64,000 bases of DNA from assembly GCA_001784175.1 (NCBI GenBank), contig MFPR01000004.1:1-64000 (forward strand), written 5' to 3'. The notes under the pieces are model-generated. The model searched no databases and was not told the origin of the DNA. It was given only the letters and a program-made list of their open reading frames with translations. The stretch's first letter is position 1; each line of letters begins with the position of its first letter. Both the position numbers and the translations under genes were made by a program. Source of the DNA: Candidatus Lindowbacteria bacterium RIFCSPLOWO2_12_FULL_62_27. Its GTDB lineage: Bacteria > Lindowbacteria > 2-12-FULL-62-27. Shown in pieces: positions 9,131 through 18,970 of this stretch.

Positions 9131-9808
9131 ATGTTTAACAATCTTCCGCAAAATATCTCAACCTATGGCGCGGACATCGACGGGATACTGTACCTGATTT
9201 ACGCCATCGTCGGGTTCTTCTTCGTGACGATGGAGGGGTACCTCGTCTATGCGGTGGTGCGATACCGCCGCCGGGAGGGCGTCCGGGCTGTGTATCAGAC
9301 GGGCGAAACGTGGCGCGAGATGCGCTGGGTGGTCGGGCTGGTGGCGGTCGTGGTGTTTCTCGATTTTCTGATCGACTTTCGTGGCGCAGACACGTGGGCG
9401 AAGGTGAAACAGGATTTTCCCTCCGGAGATGTCGAGATTCTGGTCAAGGCCAAACAGTTTGCGTGGACGTTTGTCTATCCGGGCGCGGACGGGCAGTTCG
9501 ACACGAAGGACGACCTGACCGTGCCGAGGATTCTACACGTGCCGGTCCACCGCAAGATCCGCCTGACGCTCACATCCGAAGACGTGATCCACAGTTTTTG
9601 TCTGCCGGAGGTCCGGCTGAAGCAGGACATTCTGCCGGGGCGCCGGACGCCCGCATGGTTTGAGGTCACGCGCACGGGAACCTTCAGCCTTGTCTGCGCC
9701 GAGCTGTGCGGGCTCGGCCACACGAAGATGCTCGGCGTGCTGGAAGTCCACGACGACTCCGGCTATGAACGCTGGCTGGCCGAAACGGCGAAGGAGATGT
9801 TCGAATGA
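9131..9808 (+). CDS. coxB: Heme-copper oxidase subunit II (CuA)
   Basis: Two TM helices, QFAW, DVIHSF, CAELCGLGHTKM. Confidence 0.93.
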   Translation: MFNNLPQNISTYGADIDGILYLIYAIVGFFFVTMEGYLVYAVVRYRRREGVRAVYQTGETWREMRWVVGLVAVVVFLDFLIDFRGADTWAKVKQDFPSGDVEILVKAKQFAWTFVYPGADGQFDTKDDLTVPRILHVPVHRKIRLTLTSEDVIHSFCLPEVRLKQDILPGRRTPAWFEVTRTGTFSLVCAELCGLGHTKMLGVLEVHDDSGYERWLAETAKEMFE

Positions 9809-11505
9809 CGAACGATCCGCACGGCCCGCAGAAATTCATATGGAAATACATCTTATCGACCGACCACAAGATGATCGCCAAGCAGTATCTGCTGACGGGG
9901 CTGGTCATGGCGCTGGTCGGCGCCTTCACCGCCTATCTCATGCGCTGGCAGCTCGGATATCCGAACACGAATGCGCCCGGATGGGGATTGGTCACGCCGG
10001 ACAAGTTCAACATGCTGGTCACGATGCACGGCACCATCATGGTCTTCTTCGTCGGCATGCCGCTTCTCGTCGCGGCCTTGTCGAATTTCGTCATCCCGCT
10101 CCAGATCGGCGCGCGCGACATGGCCTTCCCGCGTCTCAACATGCTCTCATACTGGATTTTCGTTCTCTCGTGCGTGGCGCTGCTCGCGTCGTTTTTCGTG
10201 CCCGGCGGCGCGCCCGCCGGCGGCTGGACCGGTTATCCGCCGCTGTCGGCGAGCGAGCAGTACACGGGCGTCCACTGGGGCATGGTGCTGTGGATCACGG
10301 CCCTGGCGCTGGAGTTCGCGTCCTTCACGATGGGCGGGATCAATTATCTCGCGACCTTCATGTGCCTTCGCGTTCCCGGCATGACGTACTTCCGGGTGCC
10401 GATGGCGACGTGGTTTCTGATCGGCGCGTCTTTGGCGTTTTTCTTTTCGGTCGGTCCCCTGATTGCCGGCGCGGTGATGCTGCTTTTGGACAACGTGGCG
10501 GGCACGGGATTTTATATTCCGGCGCAGGGCGGCGAGCCGCTCCTGTGGCAGCACCTGTTCTGGTTTTTCGGCCATCCGGAGGTCTACGTGATTTTCCTGC
10601 CGGCGGTGGGCTGTGTTCTGGAGATTCTGCCGGTTTTTTCGCGCAAGCCCATTTTCGGATACCGGGCGATCGTGTGGAGCATGGGGGCGGCCCTGGCGCT
10701 GTCCTACATTGTTTGGGCGCATCACATGTTCATCAGCGGGATGAATCCGCGCCTCGCGACGCCGTTTTCGATCACGACCATTCTGATCTCGGTCCCGTTC
10801 GCCGTCATCATCTTCTGCATGTTGGCGTCGCTTCGGCAGGGATCGATCCGCCTCGACACGCCGATGCTCTGGGGACTCGGGTTTCTGGCGACCTTCCTCA
10901 TCGGCGGGCTGACCGGCATATTCTTAGGCTCGGCTTCGGCCGACATTTACCTTCACGACACCTATTTCGTGGTCGCGCACTTCCATTACACGTTCTTCCC
11001 ATCGGTCTTTTTCGGCGGATTCGCCGGCATCTATTTCTGGTACCCGAAACTGTTCGGACGGCGGTACAATGAAACGCTCGGCAAAATCCATTTCTGGATG
11101 ACCTTCATTTTCTTCAACGCCACCTTCTGGCCCATCTTCCGTGTCGGCGCCGGCGGGATGCTCCGCCGCATCGCCGACCCCACGCAGTACAGGATCCTCG
11201 ACCAGTTCAAGGAAATGAATTCGATGATCAGCGTCGCGGCCTTCATCCTGATCCTCGGGCAGGTTCCGTTCGTGTGGAATTTTTTCTGGAGCATGTTTCG
11301 CGGTCCCGCGGCGGACGCCAATCCCTGGCGGGCCGGCACGCTCGAATGGCTCGCGCCCTCGCCGCCTCCGCACGGAAACTGGGGACCGGGTCTGCCGACC
11401 GTCTACGTCGGGCCCTACGAGTACAGCCGGCCGGACATGGCCGACGATTTCGTGCCGCAGTACCGGCCGGTCGGCGTGCTGGGCGGCCCAGCGGGTCAGG
11501 CCTGA
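9805..11505 (+). CDS. coxA: Heme-copper oxidase subunit I, A1-type motif with atypical K-channel
   Basis: TMHGTIM, RDMAFPRLN, WFFGHPEVY, WAHHMF, HDTYFVVAHFHY, MLRR. Confidence 0.95.
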   Translation: MTNDPHGPQKFIWKYILSTDHKMIAKQYLLTGLVMALVGAFTAYLMRWQLGYPNTNAPGWGLVTPDKFNMLVTMHGTIMVFFVGMPLLVAALSNFVIPLQIGARDMAFPRLNMLSYWIFVLSCVALLASFFVPGGAPAGGWTGYPPLSASEQYTGVHWGMVLWITALALEFASFTMGGINYLATFMCLRVPGMTYFRVPMATWFLIGASLAFFFSVGPLIAGAVMLLLDNVAGTGFYIPAQGGEPLLWQHLFWFFGHPEVYVIFLPAVGCVLEILPVFSRKPIFGYRAIVWSMGAALALSYIVWAHHMFISGMNPRLATPFSITTILISVPFAVIIFCMLASLRQGSIRLDTPMLWGLGFLATFLIGGLTGIFLGSASADIYLHDTYFVVAHFHYTFFPSVFFGGFAGIYFWYPKLFGRRYNETLGKIHFWMTFIFFNATFWPIFRVGAGGMLRRIADPTQYRILDQFKEMNSMISVAAFILILGQVPFVWNFFWSMFRGPAADANPWRAGTLEWLAPSPPPHGNWGPGLPTVYVGPYEYSRPDMADDFVPQYRPVGVLGGPAGQA

Positions 11506-11507
11506 TC

Positions 11508-12095
11508 ATGGACGGCGCGGCGCACTCGGATTCGGCGCAGATGCCGACGGCGCACTTCACCGCCAAGCTGGCGATCTGGTGGCTGATCGGGTCGGAGATC
11601 ATGATCTTCGGCGGGCTCATCGGATCGTTCATCCTGTTTCGGCTGGCCCGCCCGCAGTGGGCGGAGATGGCGCATCATCTCAGCGTGCCCATCGGGTCCT
11701 TCAATACGCTGATTCTGCTGACCAGCAGCTACACCATGGTACGGGCCTTCGTGTCCTCCGGACGCCGCGACCGGACCGCCACCTGCTGGAATCTTCTGGT
11801 GACGGCGCTTCTGGGACTCACGTTTCTGTGCGTGAAGGGATACGAGTACGCCGGAAAATTCTCGCACGGATATTACCCGAACGCGGGACTCTTCTGGGCG
11901 TTTTATTTCACGATGACCGGCCTGCACGCGCTGCACGTGCTGATCGGGATCATCGCGATTCTCATTCTGTTCGTGTTCGGCCTGCGCGACCGGCTGTGGC
12001 CGATCGCGAGCCGCGTCGAGTTCACGGGCCTCTACTGGCATTTCGTCGACGTGGTGTGGATCTTCCTATTTCCGTTGTTGTATCTGACATCATGA
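11508..12095 (+). CDS. coxC: Heme-copper oxidase subunit III-like protein
   Basis: SEIMIF, NTLILLTSS, TGLHALHV, YWHFVDVVW. Confidence 0.9.
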   Translation: MDGAAHSDSAQMPTAHFTAKLAIWWLIGSEIMIFGGLIGSFILFRLARPQWAEMAHHLSVPIGSFNTLILLTSSYTMVRAFVSSGRRDRTATCWNLLVTALLGLTFLCVKGYEYAGKFSHGYYPNAGLFWAFYFTMTGLHALHVLIGIIAILILFVFGLRDRLWPIASRVEFTGLYWHFVDVVWIFLFPLLYLTS

Positions 12096-12382
12096 CCGAG
12101 TCCGGCGCGGCGCGCCCCCGGTATTTCACGATCTGGGTGTGGCTGGTGGTATTGACGCTCGCGTATCTCGCGGAGCGGCTGATCGGCGTGCCTCACCGGA
12201 TCGCGCTGGGCCTGGTGTTCGGAATTGCGCTCGTGAAGGCGCTCTTGGTGGCATGGAACTACATGCATCTTCGGCACGAAAGCCGGATGATTTTCGTCAT
12301 TCTTCTCATTCCGATTCTTCTCTTCGCGATTCTGGTCACGCTCTTGCTCCCGGACATCGCATTCGTCGGAGTCGGGAAATGA
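12092..12382 (+). CDS. Oxidase subunit IV family protein
   Basis: 3 TM; KALLVAWNYMHLRHE motif; ATGA coupling. Confidence 0.85.
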   Translation: MTESGAARPRYFTIWVWLVVLTLAYLAERLIGVPHRIALGLVFGIALVKALLVAWNYMHLRHESRMIFVILLIPILLFAILVTLLLPDIAFVGVGK

Positions 12383-12969
12383 CGGCGGCGCCCGCGGACT
12401 CGATCGCGTCCGACCGGCCCGCGCCGCTCGTTTCCAAAGTGGGGATGGCGCTCTTCATCGGCACGGAAGCCATGTTTTTCGCCGGCCTCATCAGCGCCTA
12501 CCTGGTGTTCCGGGTCGGCAATCCGAACTGGCCGCCGGCCGGCCAGCCGCGGCTGCCGGTGGAATCGACCGCGTTCAACACGCTGATCCTGCTCCTCAGC
12601 GCCGCGTTCTGCCATCGGGCGGTCTCGACGCTCCGCGCCGGTCTCGCCAGATCCTCCGCGTACTGGCTGGGACTCACTGCCGTCTTCGGCCTGTTTTTTC
12701 TCGTCCTTCAGGGCCGGGAATGGATCCGGCTGGTGCAATTCGGCCTGACGCTGACCTCGAGCGTTTACGGCGGCCTTTTTTATACCCTCATCGGCGTCCA
12801 CGGTCTTCACGTGCTCGCCGGTACGGCGCTGGTTCTGTACGTCCTGAAACGATCCGTGGAGGGCCGGTATTCGGCGGCGTATCCGCTCGGCGTGGAGCTT
12901 GCCCGAATGTACTGGAACTTCGTCGTCGCCCTCTGGCCGGGCCTCTACTTCCTGGTTTACCTCTTGTGA
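12379..12969 (+). CDS. Second subunit III-like protein
   Basis: TEAMFFAGL, NTLILLLS, GVHGLHV, YWNFV. Confidence 0.88.
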   Translation: MTAAPADSIASDRPAPLVSKVGMALFIGTEAMFFAGLISAYLVFRVGNPNWPPAGQPRLPVESTAFNTLILLLSAAFCHRAVSTLRAGLARSSAYWLGLTAVFGLFFLVLQGREWIRLVQFGLTLTSSVYGGLFYTLIGVHGLHVLAGTALVLYVLKRSVEGRYSAAYPLGVELARMYWNFVVALWPGLYFLVYLL

Positions 12970-12971
12970 TC

Positions 12972-13172
12972 ATGCGCCGCATGGCGCTGTTCACGTTTGT
13001 GTTCGCCGTTGTCTCGCCGGCCTTCGGCTGTCCGCTCTGTTTCGGTTCAACGCCCTATGAGTTGGGTCTCTACTGGTCGGTGCTTTTTCTTCTTCCCGTG
13101 CCGTTTGTCATTGTCGGTGTGCTGATCGCATGGATTCGCCGTCAGTCTGACGGAAATATTAAGGAGGGATAA
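12972..13172 (+). CDS. Small membrane protein with CPLC motif
   Basis: Signal-like N-terminus, AFGCPLCFG, C-terminal TM; fills the gap in the operon. Confidence 0.65.
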   Translation: MRRMALFTFVFAVVSPAFGCPLCFGSTPYELGLYWSVLFLLPVPFVIVGVLIAWIRRQSDGNIKEG

Positions 13173-13175
13173 AAC

Positions 13176-15500
13176 ATGAGTGTTTACGGAGACCGCCGCG
13201 ATTTTCTTAAAAGAATGGCCTGGTATTCGTCCGCCGGCGCCGCGATATCCCTGATGCCGGGGGTGTCAATGGAGGCGTGGAGCGACTTCGAAGGCGACGC
13301 GGCCGAAATTGTGTGGAAGAAATCGCCGTGCCGATTCTGCGGCACCGGCTGTGGCCTTCTGATCGGCCTTGCGAGGGACCGCGCCGTCGCCGTGAAAGGC
13401 GATCCGAACTCGCCCGTCAACAAGGGGCTCTGCTGCGTCAAGGGCTACCACTCCGTCCAGATGCTGTACGGGAAGGACCGCCTGACGAAGGCCTTGGTGC
13501 GAAAGAACGGCGAGCTCGTCGAAACGCCGATTCAAGACGCGCTCGATCTTGTGGCCGCCAAAATGAAGGAGACCATCGGCGCGCGCGGCAAGGACGCCGT
13601 CGCGATTTACGGGTCCGGCCAGTGGACCATTCCCGACGGATACGTCGCGACCAAATTTTTCAAGGCGGGACTGGGGACGAACAACATTGAAGCCAACGCG
13701 CGGCTCTGCATGGCCAGCGCCGTGACGGGATTTATGACCACGTTCGGGTTGGACGAGCCGATGGGCTGTTACGACGACATCGATCACGCCGACACCTTTA
13801 TCCTCTGGGGCAACAACATGCCGGAAATGCATCCGATTCTTTTTTCCCGTGCGCTCGAAACCCGCCGCCAGAAGGAGTCGGGACTCATCATCGACCTCGG
13901 CACCCGGACAACCCGGGCCAGCTACGGCGCCGACAAATCGATCCTCTTCAAGCCGCAGACGGACCTGGCGCTGGCCAACGCGATCTGCCGGGAACTCTTC
14001 CGCACGGGGCTGGTCAACCAGGATTTCGTGAAGAAGCACGTGACGTTCAAAAAAGGCAAGACCAACATCGGATACGGCCTCGAGGACAAATTCAAATTCG
14101 ACGACGAGGCCGTCGAGATCGGCGTGAGGGAGTATCAGGCCTTTCTCGAGGACTACACACCGGAAAACGTGGAAAAAATTTCCGGCGTCCCGGCGACGGA
14201 CATCCGGTACCTGGCGCAACTGTACGGCGACCCGAAACGAAAGGTTGTCTCGTTCTGGTGCATGGGAATGAACCAGCACACGCGCGGCACATGGATCAAC
14301 AACCTCGTCTACAACCTGCACCTTCTGACCGGAAAAATCTCCACGCCCGGCAACAGCCCCTTTTCCCTCACCGGCCAGCCCAGCGCCTGCGGCACGTCAC
14401 GCGAGGTCGGCACGTTCACGCACCGGCTGCCGCACGGCGTCGTGACCAACGAGCACGATCGCGAGATGGCCGCCAAAATCTGGAAAGTGCCGGTCGAAAA
14501 AATCCCGGCGAAGCCCACCTACCACACCGTCGAGATGTTCCGGGCGCTGGACCGCGGGGACATCCAGTTTCTCTGGATACAGGCGACCAACCCGTTTCTC
14601 ACGATGCCGAAACTGCGGCGGTACCGGGACGGCGCCAAAAAGGAGGGCCGGTTCATCGTCGTGTCGGACGTCTATCCCACGCCGACCACCGACATCGCCG
14701 ACGTGATTTTGCCGTCCGCGCTCTGGATCGAGCGCGAAGGCATGTTCGGCAACGCGGAGCGCCGCACGCAGCATTTCGAGAAGATGGTCGACCCGCCCGG
14801 CGACGCGATGCCGGACGGCTGGCAGCTCATCGAGGTCGCGCGGAGGCTCGGGTACGGAGAGCTTCTGCCTTATTCGAAGAAGACCTGGGTTCAGGAGGTC
14901 TGGGAGGAGTACCGGCAGTTTCAACACGGCCCCGCGCATGAGATGGCGTCCTACGAGGACCTCCGCCGCCAGCCGGGCGTGATGTGGCCGCACGTGAACG
15001 GCAAGTCCACCAAGTGGCGGTACAACACGGCATACGATCCGGCGGCGAAGGGAGAGGGTGAATTTGATTTTTACGGGAACAAGGACCACCGCGCGGTCGT
15101 CTGGCAGCGTCCGTATGAGCCGCCGCCCGAATCGCCGGATGGGGAGTTTCCGTTCTGGCTCTGCACCGGGCGCGTGCTCGAACACTGGCACAGCGGGTCA
15201 CTCACCCGGCGGATCCCCACGCTGCACCGGGCCGTGCCGGAGGCGTATGTCGAGATCCATCCCGCCGACGCGGACCGGCTCGGCATCCGCAACAAGGACC
15301 CGGTCCGGCTGACGACCCGCCGAGGGACCCTGACGCTGCCGGCCAGCATCAATGGCCGGGCCGTGCCGCCGGCCGGCATGGTGTTCGTGCCGTTTTTTGA
15401 CGAGCGCTACCTGATCAACGAGCTGACGCTCGACGCATTCTGCCCGATCTCGAGACAGCCCGACTACAAGAAGTGCTCCGTGAAAGTGGAGCGCGCATGA
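13176..15500 (+). CDS. napA: Periplasmic nitrate reductase catalytic subunit
   Basis: Tat RRDFLK; CRFCGTGC...C; NARLCMASAV; MGMNQH; LTGQPSACGT; DYKKC.V terminus. Confidence 0.92.
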   Translation: MSVYGDRRDFLKRMAWYSSAGAAISLMPGVSMEAWSDFEGDAAEIVWKKSPCRFCGTGCGLLIGLARDRAVAVKGDPNSPVNKGLCCVKGYHSVQMLYGKDRLTKALVRKNGELVETPIQDALDLVAAKMKETIGARGKDAVAIYGSGQWTIPDGYVATKFFKAGLGTNNIEANARLCMASAVTGFMTTFGLDEPMGCYDDIDHADTFILWGNNMPEMHPILFSRALETRRQKESGLIIDLGTRTTRASYGADKSILFKPQTDLALANAICRELFRTGLVNQDFVKKHVTFKKGKTNIGYGLEDKFKFDDEAVEIGVREYQAFLEDYTPENVEKISGVPATDIRYLAQLYGDPKRKVVSFWCMGMNQHTRGTWINNLVYNLHLLTGKISTPGNSPFSLTGQPSACGTSREVGTFTHRLPHGVVTNEHDREMAAKIWKVPVEKIPAKPTYHTVEMFRALDRGDIQFLWIQATNPFLTMPKLRRYRDGAKKEGRFIVVSDVYPTPTTDIADVILPSALWIEREGMFGNAERRTQHFEKMVDPPGDAMPDGWQLIEVARRLGYGELLPYSKKTWVQEVWEEYRQFQHGPAHEMASYEDLRRQPGVMWPHVNGKSTKWRYNTAYDPAAKGEGEFDFYGNKDHRAVVWQRPYEPPPESPDGEFPFWLCTGRVLEHWHSGSLTRRIPTLHRAVPEAYVEIHPADADRLGIRNKDPVRLTTRRGTLTLPASINGRAVPPAGMVFVPFFDERYLINELTLDAFCPISRQPDYKKCSVKVERA

Positions 15501-16174
15501 TCTGGGAATCGGACCGGCGGATTTTTTTCGTCGGCCTGGGAATCGCCGCGATGGCCGTGCTGGTCATGTTCGTGGGTCCGGAACTTTTCGATTACCGGCC
15601 GGTCGCGTCGCGCGCCGACCCCCGCAGCGTCGACCTTCCGACCTCGAAACGCGATGTGGCGGCGGAGGCGGAGCCGATGCGGAAGCCGGCGTACGTCGTC
15701 CCGGCGCGCGCCGACGCGGACACGCGGACGTGGACCAAGTACGAAAGCCGCCGGGCCTTTCCCGGCGCGCCGCCGGCCATTCCCCATCCGGTGTCTGACG
15801 GGCCGGCATGGGAAAGCGGGAAAGTCTGCACCGCATGCCACGCCAGGGGCGGATATGTCCCGAAATACAACGCGTACGCCCCTGTGACGCCGCATCCGAA
15901 TTTCTCCTCTTGCCGCCAGTGCCACGTGCCGCGCCTGACAGACAAGTTATTTCGCGAAACCGCCTGGGCCACCGTCGCGCGTCCGAAAACCGGCCTCCGG
16001 GCCATGCCCGGCGCGCCGCCGGCGATCCCGCATTCCCTGCAGATGCGCGAAAACTGTCTCGCCTGCCATTCGGGTCCCAGCTCGGTGCCGGCCATCCGGT
16101 CGAGCCACCCGGACCGCGGCAACTGCCGGCAGTGTCATGTGCCGCGAGTCACCGATGAGCCGTTTGAACGGTGA
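15497..16174 (+). CDS. Tetraheme NapB-like cytochrome (two tandem diheme units)
   Basis: Two GAPPAIPH...CxxCH...CRQCHVP repeats; N-terminal TM. Confidence 0.85.
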   Translation: MIWESDRRIFFVGLGIAAMAVLVMFVGPELFDYRPVASRADPRSVDLPTSKRDVAAEAEPMRKPAYVVPARADADTRTWTKYESRRAFPGAPPAIPHPVSDGPAWESGKVCTACHARGGYVPKYNAYAPVTPHPNFSSCRQCHVPRLTDKLFRETAWATVARPKTGLRAMPGAPPAIPHSLQMRENCLACHSGPSSVPAIRSSHPDRGNCRQCHVPRVTDEPFER

Positions 16175-16743
16175 AACATATGACGATACAGTTCTTTGCC
16201 ATTCTCCTCCTCGCTTGCATCGGCTGCGGCAGCGAGCATCACATGTCATTGATGGAAAAAATCGAGCGCGCGGCGCCGGCGGCAGCCGCACCGGCGACGG
16301 ACTCGGGCGTGCGCCTGTTTTCGGTCCTGAGCCGCCAGGACAAGCTGGCCCACTTTCCCTGCCGAGGCTGTCATACCGACGGATTCAACCTGTCCGCCGC
16401 GGCCAAGCGCCCGCAGGAGAGGCGATCGCACTGGGACGTGGAGCTTCGGCACGCGCCGGCCGACGTCATGACCTGCGCGACCTGTCATGACTACCGCGAT
16501 TTAAATCATTTGAATAAAAACAACGGCGAGGCCGTGTCCTTCGACGAGCCCTCCGCGGTCTGCCGGTCATGCCATTTCCAGCAGTTCAAGGACTGGTCCG
16601 GCGGCGCGCACGGGAAGCAATTCAAATCCTGGACTCCGCCGCGCGTCCGCTACAACTGCACCACCTGCCACAATCCGCATCGCCCGGCGTTCCAGAAACG
16701 CTGGCCGGTGACGTATCCGAGCGTGCCGAGGAGGTATCCATGA
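16171..16743 (+). CDS. Tetraheme cytochrome c lipoprotein
   Basis: Lipobox-like IGC; CRGCH, CATCH, CRSCH, CTTCH. Confidence 0.85.
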   Translation: MKHMTIQFFAILLLACIGCGSEHHMSLMEKIERAAPAAAAPATDSGVRLFSVLSRQDKLAHFPCRGCHTDGFNLSAAAKRPQERRSHWDVELRHAPADVMTCATCHDYRDLNHLNKNNGEAVSFDEPSAVCRSCHFQQFKDWSGGAHGKQFKSWTPPRVRYNCTTCHNPHRPAFQKRWPVTYPSVPRRYP

Positions 16744-17750
16744 GCGGCGGGGCGAAGGCATGGTTTCAATCGTGGCTGCGGAAATGGAACGGCCCGGCGG
16801 GCGGTTGCGGTGCAGGTCTCTTGTCGAAATCCATCGGCCGGCGCGACGCGCTGAAAATGCTCGGCGGCGGCGCGGCGGCGAGCGGGGCGGTCGTGAACGC
16901 GTTCGCGCCGGTGAATCTCCTCTCCGGCTCATCCGAAGAGCGGGAAAAGGCCGTGATCGACTGGAAGGAATTTTTCAAAACCAACTACCGTTTGATGAAC
17001 GACCGGGAGCGCGCGGACACCATCGAGCGACTCGAACGCAAATACAAACTCGAACGCAACCTCGACGTGAAGATCAGCACCGCAGGGCCGCTGCCGAACG
17101 TCCTGTACGGATACGCCTTCAACCTGTCCAAGTGCAAAGGCTACCGCGAATGCATCCGGGCCTGCATTCAGGAGAACAACCAGGACCGCGCCAGCAACAT
17201 GCAATACATCCGGATTTTCGAAAAGCCCATGGGGTCGATGAGCGTGGAAAGCGGCGACGCCCGGTATTATCACGAGGTGCCGGCCGAGGGCCACTTCTAC
17301 ATGGGAACCCAGTGTTTCCAGTGCGACAATCCGCCCTGCGTGCGGGTCTGCCCGACGGGCGCGACGTGGAAGGAACAGGACGGGATCGTCGTGATCGACT
17401 ACGACTGGTGCATCGGCTGCCGGTACTGCCAGGCCGCCTGTCCCTACTGGGCGCGGCGGTTCAACTGGAAGGAGCCGACGGTCCCCAACGAGGAGGTCAA
17501 TCCGAACCAGCACTATCTCGGGAATCGCCTGCGAAAAAAAGGCGTGATGGAAAAATGCACGTACTGCATCCAGCGCACGCGCCAGGGACGCCTGCCGGCC
17601 TGCGCCGAGGCCTGTCCCACCGGCGCGCGCACGTTCGGCAATCTCCTCGACCCCGGCAGCGAGATCCGGTACATCCTCGCGCACAAGAAGGTCTTCCGGC
17701 TGAAGGAAGACCTGAATACCGAACCGAAGTTCTGGTACTACATGGACTGA
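16740..17750 (+). CDS. NrfC/TtrB-like 4Fe-4S dicluster protein
   Basis: Tat RRDALK; CFQCDNPPC..VCP, CIGCRYC..ACP, KCTYC...PAC..ACP. Confidence 0.9.
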   Translation: MSGGAKAWFQSWLRKWNGPAGGCGAGLLSKSIGRRDALKMLGGGAAASGAVVNAFAPVNLLSGSSEEREKAVIDWKEFFKTNYRLMNDRERADTIERLERKYKLERNLDVKISTAGPLPNVLYGYAFNLSKCKGYRECIRACIQENNQDRASNMQYIRIFEKPMGSMSVESGDARYYHEVPAEGHFYMGTQCFQCDNPPCVRVCPTGATWKEQDGIVVIDYDWCIGCRYCQAACPYWARRFNWKEPTVPNEEVNPNQHYLGNRLRKKGVMEKCTYCIQRTRQGRLPACAEACPTGARTFGNLLDPGSEIRYILAHKKVFRLKEDLNTEPKFWYYMD

Positions 17751-18970
17751 TGCCAATGACTCTCATCTATTTCCTCCGGGACGCCTTGCGTGAAGCCACG
17801 AGCGGCGGGCGCAAATATCATCTCTGGATGGGCGCGCTCACGCTCGTCATGCTGACCGGCGCCTACGCCTACTCGATCCAGTTCCGCGAAGGGCTTGGCG
17901 TGACCGGCATGACCGACCACGTGAGCTGGGGTCTCTACATTTCGAACTTCACCTTTCTCGTCGGCGTCGCAGCGGCGGCCGTCATGCTCGTGATGCCGGC
18001 CTACATCCTGCACGACGTCGATTTCAAGCGCGCGGTGATGCTGGGCGAGGGCGTGGCGGTGTCGGCGGTCGTCATGTGCCTCTGTTTCGTGATGGCGGAC
18101 ATGGGCGGGCCGCACCGGGGATGGCATCTCATCCCGGTGATCGGCTATTTCAACTGGCCGCAGTCGATGCTGACGTGGGACGTGATCGTGCTGAACGGAT
18201 ACCTCGCGCTGAATCTGCTCATTCCATTTTACATCCTGTTTTCGCATTATCGAAACCGCGATCCCAATCCAACGCTCTACGTGCCGTTCGTGATCCTGTC
18301 GGTTTTCTGGGCGGTCAGCATTCATCTCGTGACCGCCTTCCTGTACGCGGGGCTCGTCGCCCGGCCGTTCTGGAACAGCGCCCTGATGGGGCCGCGGTTT
18401 CTCGCGTCCGCCTTCGCCGCGGGCCCGGCGCTCATCCTGCTGGCGCTCGCCGTCATCCGCTCGCAGACGTCCTTCGCGATCGAGGACACGACGATCCGGA
18501 AACTCAGCCTGGTCATCACGGTGGCCGCGCAGATCAATCTGATCATGCTGGGCTGCGAGGTCTTCAAGGAATTCTACTGGCCATCGGAACATAGCGCGAG
18601 CGCCGTCTACCTCTTTTTCGGCCACCACGGCCATCATGCGCTGAATCCATGGATATGGACGTCCATCGCGATGAATGTCGTCGCCACGGGGATCATGACC
18701 GTTCACTCGGCGCGGCGATGCCATCACCTCCTGTATCCCGCCTGCGTCCTGCTGTTCACGGCGATCTGGATCGAAAAGGGCATGGGACTCATCGTGCCGG
18801 GATTCATCCCCTCCCCGCTCGGCGAGCTGGTCGAATACATGCCGACATGGATCGAGGTCGCGGTGACGCTGGGCATCTGGGCGACCGGGCTCTTCGTCTT
18901 CACCGTGCTGGTCCGGGTCGCCCTGCCGATTGAACTTGGGCGCCTCCGGGCGCCGGGGACGAATCGATGA
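17750..18970 (+). CDS. NrfD/PsrC family membrane anchor
   Basis: TGMTD.VSWGLYI.NF.F.VG; DMG.P.R; P.S...WD; about 10 TM. Confidence 0.9.
   Translation: MPMTLIYFLRDALREATSGGRKYHLWMGALTLVMLTGAYAYSIQFREGLGVTGMTDHVSWGLYISNFTFLVGVAAAAVMLVMPAYILHDVDFKRAVMLGEGVAVSAVVMCLCFVMADMGGPHRGWHLIPVIGYFNWPQSMLTWDVIVLNGYLALNLLIPFYILFSHYRNRDPNPTLYVPFVILSVFWAVSIHLVTAFLYAGLVARPFWNSALMGPRFLASAFAAGPALILLALAVIRSQTSFAIEDTTIRKLSLVITVAAQINLIMLGCEVFKEFYWPSEHSASAVYLFFGHHGHHALNPWIWTSIAMNVVATGIMTVHSARRCHHLLYPACVLLFTAIWIEKGMGLIVPGFIPSPLGELVEYMPTWIEVAVTLGIWATGLFVFTVLVRVALPIELGRLRAPGTNR

Noticed and set aside
13176-15500. Formate dehydrogenase or perchlorate reductase
   Set aside because: LCMASAV, MGMNQH and GQPSACGT are NapA motifs, and a NapB-like gene follows
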